Source: Octopus vulgaris
Taxonomy: Eukaryota
DNA: 64,000 bases
Direction of reading: 5' to 3'
Assembly (NCBI GenBank): GCA_951406725.2
Contig: OX597821.1
Coordinates: 69,192,001-69,256,000, forward strand
Shown here: one piece after another, positions 25,949-40,478 of the stretch
How positions within the stretch are numbered: position 1 is the stretch's first letter
Layout: each line of letters begins with the position of its first letter
Notes under the pieces: generated by a model
What the model was told of the DNA's origin: nothing
Databases searched by the model: none
What the model saw: only the letters and a program-made list of their open reading frames with translations
Program-made: the position numbers and the translations under genes

Positions 25949-28117
25949 TGATATATATTTTTGTATATCAACAATTGAGGGTAAAATTAATTAATTAATC
26001 AATTTTTGTATATATATTTTTGTCTATCTATGTATTCATACATACACCCACACACCTTGTTTGTTTAATGTTGTCTTTTTTCTTCTTCCGTGCTAACACA
26101 GGTTGGACTATATAATGTATATATTCAGCCAGAGACAGCATTATTGATCATTGAAAATAATGAAAATAAATATTGTCTTCATCTGCATGTGTATATTAAT
26201 TAATCAATGTATCTTTCTATGTGTGTGTGTGTACAACAAAGTAGTATAAGGTGAACAAGACTTTTACGCAGATTCTATAAACTTTTGGAAGAGTGAAAAG
26301 AGATGAATGGTGAGAATGCTAGACTCGTGGATCTGCTGTAAGATCTTCATTGTCACTGGGCAGGTTGTTATTGTTTAACCACAGGAAGACATGTAACCAA
26401 AGGCTTTTCAGCTTTTCATCTTCTTTCTTAAGTGTGAGGAACTCAGAACCATGTTATCTAAGTTGTCCTTTTCTTTTTGTAAAGATAGTAGCATCAGATT
26501 TGAGGGAGATTTGGCTGCTATTTCTAGCAAACTTAGCAACCATGTAGCTGCTCCCACATTGTGTACCTTGAATCACCTAGATGTGAATTATAAGTACTAG
26601 AATTTCTATAGAAATGTTACTTGCAAATTACTTGTGTCTTATTTGTGGAGGTTGTTTGTCTCATATCTATTAAATAGAACTCTGGAGTTAGCAAAAGGAT
26701 AGCAGATGACATAAGTTTCAAAGTTGGGGTGCATTTTGCAAAATAATTTCATCTGGAAGTGTGGTGTGACTGGCAAAATTTTGAAATTGAAATGCTTTAA
26801 TTCTGCTGTAACTTGTAATTCTGTTCTAAACTTTGAAGGCAAATTAAATTAGTGATGAAATTCAATTTGGTTTCAAGCTAAACTTTGTTTTAGGTTCTTT
26901 GTTCAAGTCCTCCTACCACTGCTGATAATAATTTCATGTTGATTATTTTAATTCATTAGCAGTCATTATTTTGAGAATGTTCTGTGAAGACTGGGCTATT
27001 TAATTTAACTACAGGTTCCCGAGTAATCATGAACAGATGTAGACACTTTCTTGGCCTTTCCACTCATGATCCAGTCGATCAATGAGAATGTGACAACTTG
27101 TGAGAGAGGGTTGGGCTGACTGTATCCAATACTTGGCAGGTATTCATTTGCAGCTGAGTCAACTTGAGCAATGTGAAATGAAGTGTCTTGCTTAAGGTAT
27201 TGCTGTGTCCAGCAGTTGAACCTATGACTTTTATGGCTTTGTTGGAAGTGGAATGATAGCACCCATGACTCCCTTTTGTAGGGGCTCCCAGACAGAGGTG
27301 TGGGGAAGAGAAGAAGAAACCTCAATTCATGAGTTATTCTCAGATTGGAAACCTAGTCTGAATGCCTGCTGAGTGGACTTGGTTAAAGCTACTCTAGAGC
27401 TAGTTGATGAATTGGGTTTATCATCCAAGAACATACTATCTTTCTGACAGGTTTCTTCGTAGTTTCTCTTCATCCAGATTTAATCACTAGTTTTGGGACA
27501 ATCCAAAGCTTTGGGCAAAATACTTGCGGTGAGGTACCAAGCAATGGGACCAACATCGGAATCACATTATTACAGAGTAAACTTCTTAAATATCTGATCA
27601 TGGTCATGTCCATAGGTTTGGTTGTAAATTTTACTTTATAAAATTTAGATGTTTGGTTGTACATATCTCTGCAAAATACAGATTTTCATCTCTTCAGTCT
27701 TTCCTTAATTACATTAAGCTTCAAATGAATTTGTTAAATTACTTACTAATCATATTTTTCTAATATTAGATAATATTTTTATTGCCCAAGAATTTTTGAA
27801 GCTGTGTATGTGTCTAGTACTATATCACTTAATCAGTGGGAAGGGTCTCTCTAGACTGTTGGAGGGGAGGAAGTTATCTTCAGACTAAAGGCTTAGCCTC
27901 AGATGCTTGCAACTAAATAAACTCTGCTAAAGACACCAAGTTGTAATATTGCTCTGTTGAATACCGTTACCCATGTGTATGTATGTATGTATGTATGTTA
28001 TTTGCTTAAAAAGTAAAGTTTCCTATCATTGTTAATCCAACCTTCTCATTTGGTGATCCTTCAAGTTTATAGAATTGCCAATCATAAAGCTCAGAGTAAC
28101 AATGAAATTGAACTTAC

Positions 28118-28344
28118 TTAACCCTTTCGTTATCAACCCGGCTGAAACCGGCTCTGGCTCTTTAGTATAAATGTCTTGTTTTCAAAAGTTTTGAATTAAA
28201 ATCTTCCACCAAATCGTCATCACAATTTATGTTCCTAACACTAGCTGAATGATAACTAAGTTATTTTACTAAATTCTGTTATATTTAAAATAATTGAAAG
28301 AAACACAGAGCATCTCAAAATAAATTCAGTAATGAGAAGGTTAA
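28118..28344. mobile_element. TTAA-flanked piggyBac-like MITE (family H)
   Basis: TTAA-CCCTTTCGTTA ... TAATGAGAAGG-TTAA. Related degenerate copies at 508-702, about 6810-7050, 51020-51340 and 63560-63731. Confidence 0.7.
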
Positions 28345-29318
28345 CAGTATGTATTGAGTACTATATTCCTCTTCCATTTACATATATATTGTTGTATATA
28401 TATATATATATATGTATGTATTATACATCCACATATGTATTTAGTTATGTATCTATCTGCCTATCCATTTATCTATATGTGTGTATGTTATATTCCAGTT
28501 TGTAGTATTGTTTCTACAGTACCCTGCAGTGTTCTAATATTGTACTGTTGTGTATTATTCGACTGTTATATTCCAATATTGTAGTACTAATTTACTACAG
28601 CACTGTGTTATATTTTGATATTGTAGTGTTGCTTACTAAAGTGCTGGAATTCACTATGACTTTTTTCTGCCCTGGATATATATCCCACTTCAGTACAGGT
28701 TTATCCCTTTATCCATATTGATGCATCCGATAAGTAGAAGTTGCTCCAATCATTGCATTGCTCAGTCTTACATTGGAGGTCTATCATCATTAACCGGGAC
28801 TCTTTTCCCATCACAAAGAAGCTAGCAAAAGAAAGTGGAATCTGAACTCAGAACACAATAACCCAATGCAGATACTTTAATACTTCTCATCTGCTGCTCT
28901 GACAACACTGCCAGTCCCCTGCTCTGTACTGGTGTTACTGGTATTGTATTAACACTGAAAGAGTGAAAGGCAAAGTTGGCCTTGATGGGTTTGGTATACA
29001 GTGTATAGAGAATCAGAGAAAATACTACAAAACATTGTCTGACCCTAATGACTCTGCAAATCCACTGCCATGATATTTACTACAGTGCTGTGTTTATATT
29101 ATGATACTATGTAGTATTCCCACACTATGTTGTATAACAAATATTGACTTATTTATATACACAACTAGAGTTTGTTTATTAATGTTTTTTTAAATTTTTT
29201 TGCATGCGGGGAAGATGTGTAGCTAGAAGGAAAATACAAATAACTTAATGACAGACTGTCACTGGTACCTATTTTAATTAATTCAGAATTAAGAGGTACC
29301 AAAGCTTGGATACTGTAA

Positions 29319-29402
29319 AACATGTAAACCAGCTGTCTCAACTCTAACATGTATTCCAGCTGTATCAACTCCAAAATGTAATCCAGCTGTCTCAATTCCA
29401 AC
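29319..29402. repeat. 27-bp tandem repeat, 3 copies, followed by (TAG)n(TAA)n
   Basis: ATGTA..CCAGCTGT.TCAA at 29322, 29349 and 29376. Confidence 0.9.
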
Positions 29403-29405
29403 TTA

Positions 29406-29446
<41 letters not shown>

Positions 29447-29571
29447 ATAATAATAATAATTATAATAAAATGATAATATTGATGATAATCCTTTTTGTTG
29501 ATCCTGAGAGCCCATATTCACAAAACAAAAGGGGTTACAAAACATTGGTATGTATTTATAGATACATAGAT

Positions 29572-29603
<32 letters not shown>

Positions 29604-32224
29604 AGAGCAAGCGAGAGGGAGAGAGAGATGCATGCATTTGGTAGTACAAACAGGATAACTAGAATTCAAAACAAAAGTTTATATGTTTTTATTATTTTCA
29701 ATTTGTAGAAATTTACAACAAAGTGACTCAAGTGGTGAGAGTTTCGTTCCTGATACTTATCAAACTCATAAGTGCTGTGCTTGAAACTGTCAATCCTTGA
29801 ATCACTTTGTAAATTCTTCTGATTAAAAAAAAAAAAAATACATATGTATTAGAGAGAAAGAGATATATTAAAACATTGAAAATTATGTACTGAAATTAAG
29901 CAAAAGTGCAAATAAGGATAACTTATAAAGGTAAGAGACTGCTTCTAAGTAAGGATCAGAGCACTCCTTGCCAGATCACCTCCCACTCTTATCAGCTTCT
30001 CCAAGTTGTATGATCTTAGCTGAGCCATGAAGAGCTTTGCAAACCATGGATCATGATCTACAGCTGAGTGGTCATGATCCCTCAGTTGTAGATAGGTCAG
30101 TGATGTGGACTTTAACAACTGTCTGTTACCTAGGGTGCCTAATACTCATCCAGTTAGCAATGCATTTCATTCATTCTCTTTTAGGATCAGTATCAAATCA
30201 AGTTGGTTAGTGTTCTTTAGAATTTCTGTAAAGTTTAGTATCAACTAAACGGGGTTGATACTTCTTCATCAGGTCTTCCATTCTATTGTTTCTCTTTTAT
30301 CTGGGTTCGCCTACTTTTTTTTTCCTGTTTTTCTTTCTGTCTTTGTTTCCTAAACTTCTTTATTTTCACTCTCCTCCCCATTGTTATAAAATGGTGGTGG
30401 GTGGCGCTGCTACTCAGTTCCAAGACATGCTTTTTGTTTTGAGAAAGGAAACTGTTGAGATATTTCTGGAACCAGATTACTAAAGATGATTATAATAATC
30501 TTTCCTTTTGAATTCTTAAAATAAGAACAATAATACTAAAAACAATAACAACAGTATTAATAAAATATTGATAACAATAATAATGATTAATAGTTTGATA
30601 ATCGTAAACAAATTGACGTTGAAATAACAACCAGCAACCAGTTCCTTTAATAATTCCGTATTAATTTAGAAAAGGGAAATAACAAAAAAGAAAAGAAGAG
30701 ACCCAGAAAGAAAGGGATTTCCCTTGCTTGTCTTGCTGTCATCTTGTTTTATTTTAGTGTCAGTGTGACACAGCTTTCCGACAGGTTTATGCTCTACTGC
30801 AGTGCTGAATAGCTGCTAATGAAGAGATTCCTGCTTTCTTTTGGCTGTCTTCTTTGGTTTGTTTTCTTCTTCCACCTTTTCTTTTTCTTTTTTCTTTATT
30901 TAAAATTTAAGATGATCTTCCTTTCTTCAGTTCCTATGTTAAATTGAAAGTCTGTCTGAAACACTGGTTTGCGTTTATTTTGTTTACTAATCTTCTGTGA
31001 CATTCTGGAAAGATCCGTCACTAGATATCGTTTTTACATAATTGGTTGAAGTTGAGGTGTGAATGGCAAGATGTGACATCGTATGTGTCTCAATAATTAT
31101 GTGGATCGGTGTATATCATCGTTAAAATTATCAACTGTGGATAAACAAATCACTGTAATGATTTTTTTAACTTAAAAAAAAAGAAAGAAAAAGAAAAATT
31201 CAAATTAAATCATGATAAAAAAAATAATTAATTTTGGTATCAAGATTACATCTGTTGCTATTAATTATTTAATTAACCCACTGACCATTTCCAACGCCAG
31301 TGCCTGAATGGACACAGATTTTATATATTGTTGACAGGAGATTCAGCTGTTATTGTGCTGCTGGACATCTGTCACTGAGGAACCCATAGCAGGGTGAAAT
31401 TATGTGGCCTGGCAGTTCTGGTGGCCTTGGCAGATGATTCTTGTCTGTCACTGATATAATTTTGAGTACTTTTATGCATCATGAGTCCTTATGAGAGATT
31501 CTCTCAACGTAAATAATACAGTATCCCATGTTCTAACACAACCTACACATTAAGTTGGAGATCACGATTATCTTTTAGTTCCAACACTTCTTTGTAAGTG
31601 TGTGTGCGTGCGCTCACATACGTGCATGCATGTATGTGTGCATGTGAGGTGTTTTATTCAGCCCTTGAAAGGAAGAAGGGTGAAATCTACTTTAGCAGGA
31701 AAATTTAAATATGTAAAGCAAAGAGCAGTTATTTGGTTGAGTTGGTAGAATGTCTGACAAAATATCTCTCTTTCCTTTCTGAGTTCAAATTCCACCCAGC
31801 TCCTCTCTGTTTTCCTCTTTCCTCCAATTAATGAAATATCAGGGGATGGAAGTGGGTGGCTAATTGTATTCAACTGAACCTTTAATGACTGTGCCCAGCA
31901 TAGCTCACTATTCAATAAAAGGAGAGGTTAGCTAAATAAAGGGGTTTCTTTCTGGTGTTGTAGTGTTTGTGTTATGTAGCAACCTAATAACATGACTGAT
32001 GATGATGATAGTAATAATAATAATAGTAATAACAATGGCAACAGTAATAATAATAATGCCTGAGATGTGTGTAGAGCAAAAAATATTGTAATTCTCTTGA
32101 GATATTTAAGTTTATATAGACAAGGGAAAAAATGCAGATTTCCTAGATATCATTATTCTTTTATCTCACTCATTCGACTGCAGTCATACTGGAGCACCAC
32201 CTTGCAGTGTTTATACACACACAG

Positions 32225-32655
32225 CAGGTATGGCTGTGTTGTTAAGAAGCTTGTTTCCCGACCATGTGGCCTTGAGTTCAGTTTCACTGCATGGCACCTT
32301 GACCAAGTGTTTTCTGCTCGAAGCCTAGGCTGATCAAAGCCTTGTGATTGGATTTGGTAGACAGAAACTGAAAGAAGCGTATGTGTGTGTGTGTGTGTCT
32401 GTGCCCTTGTCTAGGCATCATATGACAGTTGTAAATGAGCATCATTGTCATGCATGCAGGGTTATTTTTGTTCCTGTTTCTAGTCTTCTGTGATAAAACA
32501 TGTCTGGTCATGGGGAAATATTACCTTGCTTGGAAACAGGTGAAGGTTTGTGACAGAAAGGGAATCTGGCTATAGAAAATCTGCCTCAATAAATTTAGTC
32601 TAACCCATGCAAGCATGAAAAGCAAATGTTAAATGATGGTGTTGATAATGATGAT
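32225..32655 (+). mobile_element. SINE family B
   Basis: Full head, core, (TG)n and family B tail. Confidence 0.85.
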
Positions 32656-33130
32656 ATATTCCAAGTTATACTACAACAAATGCTAACATTCTAGAATGTT
32701 AGTATTTCTTGTTATTTATCTCAGATTAGATAAGCAGATGGGATGATCAAAAGCATTTCTAGTAAGACCTTGCATCTTTCTTCTGGATACTATGTATCTA
32801 GGGCTACACTATTTCATGTGTTGCTGTTGTTTAACCTCAGATCAACCCTCACCAAGCAGACATGACCAAAGATGTTTCCACTACAAACATCCTGTCTTTG
32901 CTCCCAGTGTATGATACCCAATGAGCATTTTTTTTTTTTTTGTAAGATATTAAAATGTGATTTGGGGAAGATTTGGCTAATTTTTCTCGCTGTAGGGTGT
33001 GTTGGCTTGACAAATGCATCTTTTTTTCTCCTTTTTTTAAAAAAAATATCATAAGGTAGCCTTTGAGGGAGATTTCACTGCTGTTTTTAATTGGTTTGAT
33101 ACCCCTTGTAGAAACTCCTTCATTGACTTA

Positions 33131-33343
33131 CTCTTTTACTCGTTTCAGTCATTTGACTGTGGCCATGCTGGAGCACTGCCTTTAGTCGAGCAAATCGACC
33201 CCAGGACTTATTCTTTGGAAGCCTAGTACTTATTCTATGGGTCTCTTTTGCTGAACTGCTAAGTTACAGAGACATAAACACACCACCATCGTTGTCAAGC
33301 GATGTTGGGAGACAAACACAGACACACAAACATATACACACAC

Positions 33344-33381
<38 letters not shown>

Positions 33382-33543
33382 GATGGGTTTCTTTCAGTTT
33401 CTGTCTACCAAATCCACTCACAAGGCTTTGGTCGGCCAGAGGCTATAGCAGAAGACACTTGCCCAAGGTGCCATGCAGTGGGACTGAACCCGGAATCAAG
33501 TGGTTGGTAAGCAAGCTACTTACCACACATACAGCCACTCCTA
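33131..33543 (-). mobile_element. tRNA-derived SINE family A, full length
   Basis: Collinear with the other family A copies. Confidence 0.9.
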
Positions 33544-36333
33544 AAAAGTCAGAATTATTCGTAAATGAAATGGTGTTTAAAATTGGAAAATATGAAGCCA
33601 TGTTTTGGAAGGTGAAGAAACTAGTATACTATAGGGAGAATAATGTAGTTTTCAAAAACCTATATATCAGTTACATTAAAAAGTTGTGTTGACTTGAATT
33701 TCATAGACCTGCAATGCAGTATCATTTTTGTGGCATGTTACTAGGTCATCTTATCTGCCAAGTTTAATCTTTAGATCTAACCACTTTATACCTGTCTACT
33801 TTTAATCTAGCTCTACTTTTCATACTTACTACCATTAAAGGAACTTTCTTATTTTTATCAACAGGCACAGCTGTATAGTTAAGAAATATGCTTTGCGATC
33901 ATGTGATTATGGGTTTGATGCCTCTGTGCGGCACTGTGGTTAAATGCATTCTACTGTAAACTTGAACCTAAAACAAAGAGGCCTGTGAGTGAGATTTAGT
34001 GGATGGAGACTGTTTGGAAGCCTATCTCAATGTGTGTGCGCGGATGTGTTGTATTTATTGTGGTGGCAAAATCAGTATGTTTAACAGTAATGTAATAATT
34101 GGTTACATTCTGATTATGTCTAATTACACTTGTTTTGTTTAGCTGTTTTAGCTTACAAGGATGATAAACTAAGTGCCAAAATATAGCACCGGGCTGATTA
34201 TAATAAACTAAAGCCTTTGAAACTGATACCACCGCATAGCTGCAGTTCAATGACTACAACCATAAACTACACCTCATCCAGTTTGCACAACTTTGAGACC
34301 AGTGCAAGCTTTTCTCCTTTGGATGTGTGCTGTGTGTGTGTCTCTCTCTCACATACACACACACCAATGTTAGGTTTTCTTGTTCCTACAAGTTAGCATT
34401 ATACTTCCATAGTAACTTTACTAATGCGTTTCTCTCTCCAATGCTTATTTATTAAATCACCTGTAATTCACTCAATGTCACATTACCATACAGTAACGCA
34501 CTTCTTATGCATACTTAGCCTAATAAAAAACAAGAAAGCAGGCCTGCTTTTTTTTTTTTATATGGAGGGTAGACTGTGAGCAATAGAGAAATAGAAACCC
34601 TTTGTTGTGAACAAAGGTAACATTACTTAAAGCTCTTGTATTCATAAAAGACAGTTTGAAATGATAAAATTCAGTCTTTTAACCACTGGTCATGGACTCC
34701 TGTGTCAATGGTAGTTAGGTAGGCAACACTAAATAATATAGATGTGGTTATCCTTGCCATTGTCGTCGCCGTCCTCCTCCTCCTCCTCCTCATCATCATT
34801 ATCATTATTATTATTATTATTACTATTGCTAGAGTGTCAAGGGAAAGCATGTTGCAGCATTTGTTTGAACTCTTTATGCTGTGGATTCAAATCCTCCTCG
34901 GGTCTACTTTGCCTTTCATCTTTTCAAGGTCATTAAAATAAAGTACCAGTCGAGTACTGGTGGAATCGATAATCCTTTCTCCTCAAATTTACTGGTTTTG
35001 TACCTAAATCTGAAATCATTGTTATAATTTGTAAGGCAGGGGACTAGTGGAATTGTTAGAGCATCAGAAAAAAAATGTTCTGAGTTCAAATTTTGTAGAG
35101 GTTGGCTTTGCTTTTGGGGTCAATAAAATAGGTACCAGACAATACTGGGTGACTGTTATTGACTTACCCTTCCCCTCAAAATTGCAGGCTTTGCGCCAAC
35201 ATTAGAAAGACATAGTATAATTTGTGGACACAGTAGCAATGTAACAAAAGCAAAACAACAAAACAACAAAAGCTTTTTTTCTATATTCCACAATTTGCTA
35301 TATCTTTTGTCTATTACCATTGATTTAAATAACACAAATTCTTTCTTTCTTTTAGTTATTGCAAAAGGTTGATTTCTTTATTCATAACAAAAATTGAGCA
35401 ATGAGATGGAAGTGTTTTACAGTAGACAGACTAAGACAAATAGTAATATATTTTAGATAAGGAGCAGAGCAAAATGTCACTGGTAAAGTTTAACTGATAG
35501 TTCTTCAGACTACACTGTTGCAATTCATCTCCTATATTGACTCATACATCTTCAGTCTAAATAGAAACGAGATTAAATTGTTATTTGATTATAACTCTAA
35601 ATTAAATTTCCTGAAATTTTCACTTCTAAAGACTGTTTAAATTATTTTTTTTTCTATCTTTTTTTATTGCTGTTGTTGTTGTTGCTGAATTTTTGAATCA
35701 ATATTTGTTTACTGATCTACTGATCCACACATAGTGGTCATCTGCTAATTGGACACACATTTAAAAGGGTTTTGGGCAATGTATTAAACAACAGACTACA
35801 TTTTCTCTTCAAGTGGTTGCCACCGAGATGCATTTTACAATGCTGCATCATCGATTTAGTTAAAATGATCTTTGCACTCTATCATAGCACAAAAATCTGA
35901 TGTGGTCTGTTGTTTAATGTGATAATGGTAGCCAGCAAAGTCTACTCTAAATTGAGCAATAATAGTAGTGATGGGTGGGTTGTGTCCATAAATCTTCTTT
36001 GACCTTGTGCTCACATCATGGGATGTTTTGAGCACTCGTGAGAAACCACCTGCATGTACCATCGAAGTGATCTTGATGCTCCTTTTTCATAGTCCAGGTT
36101 CCAGCTCCACAGGAAAAGGGGCTCTCTATACATATTCTAAAGGTGAGCTATGTTGACTTTGAAATACTTCATTATCAGATGTTTTGAAGCTTGTTACTGG
36201 CTTTCTAGGCTAGCCTCTTGCATGTAAAGGACCAATCTAGTTCTTACTGTCAACAATATAAGAGCCATGGTTCTTGGAATTACTGGCCTTCTTGAATTTT
36301 GTGCCTCTTTGAGTCCTATGTTTCACTCTAATT

Positions 36334-36596
36334 CAATGGTTCTCAACTAGGGTCCATATGGCCCTTAGGGCTCCATATAAGATTTTGTAGTTAAAATTTA
36401 TGTGCAATACATTGGTTATATTTCTTCAATATACAAAACATTTTCAACAATTTTTTAATACAATTCCTAAATAATATTTAATTATAAAAATATAATTGGA
36501 TGTTTTTTTTTTATATACAATGAATGGTTGTGACAGTCCAGTAGTGTGAAATAGGAATCAAAGGGTCTATAGGCGAAAAATATTTGAGAACCACTT
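36334..36596. mobile_element. hAT/Charlie-like MITE
   Basis: Termini CAATGGTTCTCAA / TTGAGAACCACT. Related end fragments occur near 48655-48675 and 60655-60697. No clear TSD. Confidence 0.65.
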
Positions 36597-36871
36597 GTGT
36601 AGTTGGAGTATATTCATTGTATTTGTTGTAGTTGAAAGATATTCAAGGTAAATGTTTCAGTTATTTGAAGGGTTATTTTAGGAAAGTATTTCAGTAGTTG
36701 AGTATTCTGGGAAATTGTTTCAATGTTGTAGGAGGGTTGCTTCAAGAAATATGTCAATATAGTTGGCTGATTGCTTTGAGATTGTATTTTAGTGTAGGTT
36801 CATGGAAATGTGTTGCTAGCTGAAAAGGCTTTAGTACACGAGGAAATATGTTATAATAACTGTTTACAGCA

Positions 36872-37099
36872 TTAACTCTTTAGCACTTAAACCAGCCATA
36901 TCTAACCCAAATATTCTATCTGTTTTATATTCAAACTGGCCAGATTTGACCTCTCTCACTTATCCTACAATGTCATTCAAAAAATAAACAATCATATCAT
37001 TGAAACCTTGAAGCTATGAAATAATACATGATTAATTCAAAATAATGTGAATAAATGAACATTACAGTTGACAGAGTAATCTGAATGCTAAAGAGTTAA
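36872..37099. mobile_element. TTAA-flanked piggyBac-like MITE (family G)
   Basis: TTAA-CTCTTTAGCA ... TGCTAAAGAG-TTAA. Related copies at about 13706-13908 (opposite orientation), 19435-19640, 5720-5865 and 19030-19146. Confidence 0.75.
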
Positions 37100-37480
37100 A
37101 TACTTACTGGTTAAAAGCATGAATCTAACTAAAGATAGCCATTTCAATGAATCTCAGCGCTTAGGATACTTTATTTAAATCACAGTGAATCTTCCTCTCT
37201 GTCCTATTGTGTCTTATATCTGAAACCCCTGCATTAAACACTTTCTCTCCAGTCCTTTTATTTCCAGAACTGATACTCTCTGAAATTCTTTCTCTTCCCA
37301 CACTTTCTCTGCATGCATTATTAACCTACAGAAGTTCAGGTTGAACATCAGCTGCATCTATCTTGGTAGTCTGGGAGGACTCGCAAAGGCAAAGGCATTG
37401 TTGTTCTCTCTCTTTAAATTAAATTAAATGAGAAAATAAAAACAAACTTTATAATGGAAGTATCATGAGAAGGTGGATGT

Positions 37481-37900
37481 CATCACCATTTGTAAATGCT
37501 CACTTTTCTAGCATGGATCAGACGGAATTTATTCAGGCAGATTTTCTGTTGCCAGATGCCCTCCCTGTTACCAACCTTCATCCTTTTCCAAGAAAGATAA
37601 TATTTTCCTGTGACCAGACATATTTTCATAGAAAATTGGAAACAAAGGATATCATTTGCAAGATGGCATCATTTATTTACAACTATCATGCAATATTAAG
37701 GCAAAGAAACAATAACACATGCATGCACTTGCACATGATGGGCTTCTTTCAGTTTCCCTCTATCAAATCCACTTACAAGACTTTGAGTAGCTCAATGTTA
37801 TGGTAAAAAACACCTGTGCAAGTTGCTCTGGATTGGGACTGTACCTGGAAGAATGTAATCAGGAAGCAAATACCTTTCCATTCAGTCACACCCACACCTA
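37481..37900 (-). mobile_element. SINE family B, diverged
   Basis: Reverse complement of 32225-32655. A tail-only copy lies at about 17757-17950 (-). Confidence 0.75.
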
Positions 37901-38801
37901 TTATGTGTCTTGTTTAGTTAAAAGTGACATCTGGTAGATCTTTCATGTGAGAAAGAGTATGGTCTCTTAAAACACATTGTTGCAGCACAGAAATCATACA
38001 AGAAGCTCCTCATTTAGATGGCTAGTTATAGGTGGTACCCTTATTAAATTAGAGGTTGTGACCCTTTGGTCCCAAGTCCTTACATGTAAAGAATTCAATG
38101 AAAAATGTTTATTGAAAATCATGTAACCAGCTCAAATTGTAGGAGTTAAACTTTAGTTTCTGCTTCACTAAGCTGTCTGGGTTTCTTATGAATAGGTTGA
38201 AGTTATGAAAATAGGTTAGACTAGCTATCCATGAATATCGTATGTATGTATGTGATTTATATCTTCATTCTTTCAACAATTGGATATTCAACCAAAATAC
38301 TTGAAATGACCTATAAATGTACATTTTTTTGTGGTTGAAATCACTTTCTGAGAGAAGTTTGTGTGTGTGTGTGATTTGTTTCTTAACCTGTTTCCTATGT
38401 GCCTCTAAACAAATGCAAACCAACAAGAACTTTCTCTTCTTAGGCCTGTCTGATGGTGTCTCTCTCTTTCTCTCTCTGTTTATTTAAACCGGATGTTTAT
38501 TTAAGTCACCTCACCATTCATCCATTTTACTACTCTCTCCTTTCCTAATCTTGAAATTCAAAGGCCTTCATGCAAAAACCCTATAAGTCTTTTGAAAGTA
38601 AGTTGCAACACCATTTGGTTTTGTAAATACTATTACCACTAGGGATAGGCTAAATCATTTAGAAGGGGGTCCTCTACTGTGGTCAAAACTAACTGTTGAT
38701 TGAAACATTGCTTCAGCTGCAAACATTTTCATTCACACTAGTATTCTTTCTGAAGATAACTCATAGACCCTTTATATCAGCATTTGTTATAACATATTGT
38801 T

Positions 38802-38818
38802 TCCTCCTCCTCCTCCTC

Positions 38819-38880
<62 letters not shown>
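38802..38880. repeat. (CCT)n(CT)n polypyrimidine microsatellite
   Basis: Seen directly. Confidence 0.95.
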
Positions 38881-38882
<2 letters not shown>

Positions 38883-39062
38883 GCACACACACCATATTTG
38901 ATGGCATAAAAGATGCATGGGTATATATTGATGCACCTCAATTTCAACAGCACATATTCATGAAAAAGAAAATTTTTAGTGTATTAATGCATGTAATATA
39001 GGCCCAATTTTGCATTTGGGACCCAGAGTGATGTCTTATGACATTGTCGTGATATTAGTCTT

Positions 39063-39428
39063 TATTACCCCTGTCTTAGCGAATGCAGAGGTATTGTTTT
39101 CAGTTGTGTTTGTTTGTTTGTTTGTTTGTTTGTCTGTGGACAAGGTATCTCAAGAACTGCTTGATGGATTTGGATGACACTTTCAGAGATGTTTGGCTTT
39201 GTGACTGGCACAAACTGATTAGATTTTGGGATCGATCCGGAACCAGACAAGGATTCTGGATTATCTTCCCTGTTTTTTTTTTTTTAATTAATTTTTGAGA
39301 GGAGTCAGATTCATTTTTAGCATTCTTTTTGTGAGAGCAGTTGAGTTTATTCTCATTTTAAAAATCATCTCTGGCTAATCATTGGTGTTGCCTTGACAGG
39401 GCTTTGTGCTCTCTGAATTCTCTTGTTA
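39063..39428 (+). mobile_element. Helentron-associated (HINE/DINE-1-like) non-autonomous element
   Basis: Starts TTATTACCCC with a short 5' inverted repeat, has an internal (GTTT)n tract and a core ending GATTAGATTTTGG, and ends with a small stem-loop before CTTGTT. Family assigned by architecture. Confidence 0.6.
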
Positions 39429-40478
39429 TATATTATTATGGTTATATTGTCATCCCATATCTAATATTGCTCTCAAAATTTCACAAATATGTGTACGTTG
39501 ATTAACTTCCACTAATCTCTGGATTAATATTTGTTGTTGTTTATCTCAAGGTCATCTCTGATCCATATAACAAGATTAAAAGCATTTCAACTGTTATCAT
39601 CCAATTCTTTTTTTTCTTATTTAATGATCAATGTGCAATATTTTAGAAGCATAAAAATCAAACTTTTTAAAATTTTATTAAAGAACTTTTTTTAATTATA
39701 ATTTATTGCTAATTGAAGCTTTACAATAAAATCTGTGAAACCCTAAAACATAGGTCTTAGTTTCCACACAGTATCGTATTAGTATCAAAAATCTAATTTT
39801 TCAAATTTTGTTAGATATTTTGTTTTTAATTATAAATCATAATTGATTGAAGCTTTACAATAAAATTCTTTTATCTTAGATTTTATTTATGCTAAAAACT
39901 GATTTTGCACCAGTTGGTGGAATTGATAACTAGAAGGGATTCACCTGAGAACTTGGTTAAATATAGACTTGTAAATTTACCCCCATGAAATCTTCAGTTG
40001 CTATTATTGATTTTTCTTGTAACATGTCAGCAATTTTCTAAATTTCATAGAAGCTATTTTTCTTTCTAAATGAAAATTATTTTTATCATATTTTTAAAAT
40101 TGTGTGTATGTGTGTAAGCTGGGCTTCTGGTACAATTATTCACACTAGTTTAGGAAGGTCTGCAAAGGTAATGAGCACTCTTTCTTCTGTACAAGTATTT
40201 CAGAAACTAAAAAAGTGAAGTGAGGTGGTGTGAGAGGAGTGTGTGAGGAATAGATAGAAGGAATAAGAAATGTAGTTGAAAGAGAGACAGAGAGAGAGAG
40301 AGAGAAGGAGGGAGGGATAAAGAGAGAATAAGTAATAATACATGAACTACAGAAAGAGAAAAAGCAACAAAGAATGCACTAGAGAAAGATATTACTAACT
40401 GAGATGTAATGGGACCAACATTACTGGCAGGAGTACAGAGTGCACACCACCCACCATCCTTTCAAAATAAAAAAAAAC

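Noticed and set aside
26303-26315. ATG AAT G|GTGAGA micro first exon
   Set aside because: Phase fits, but the donor is weaker and there is no supporting context; within chance expectation.
29250-29312. GGTACC...GGTACC-bounded AT-rich hairpin as a ribozyme stem II
   Set aside because: Neither CTGATGA nor GAAA core boxes are present.
30225-30280. Fourth hammerhead on the minus strand (CTGATGA followed by the 9-bp hairpin AGTATCAAC/GTTGATACT)
   Set aside because: No GAAA directly after the stem and no stem I partner; at best a heavily decayed relic.
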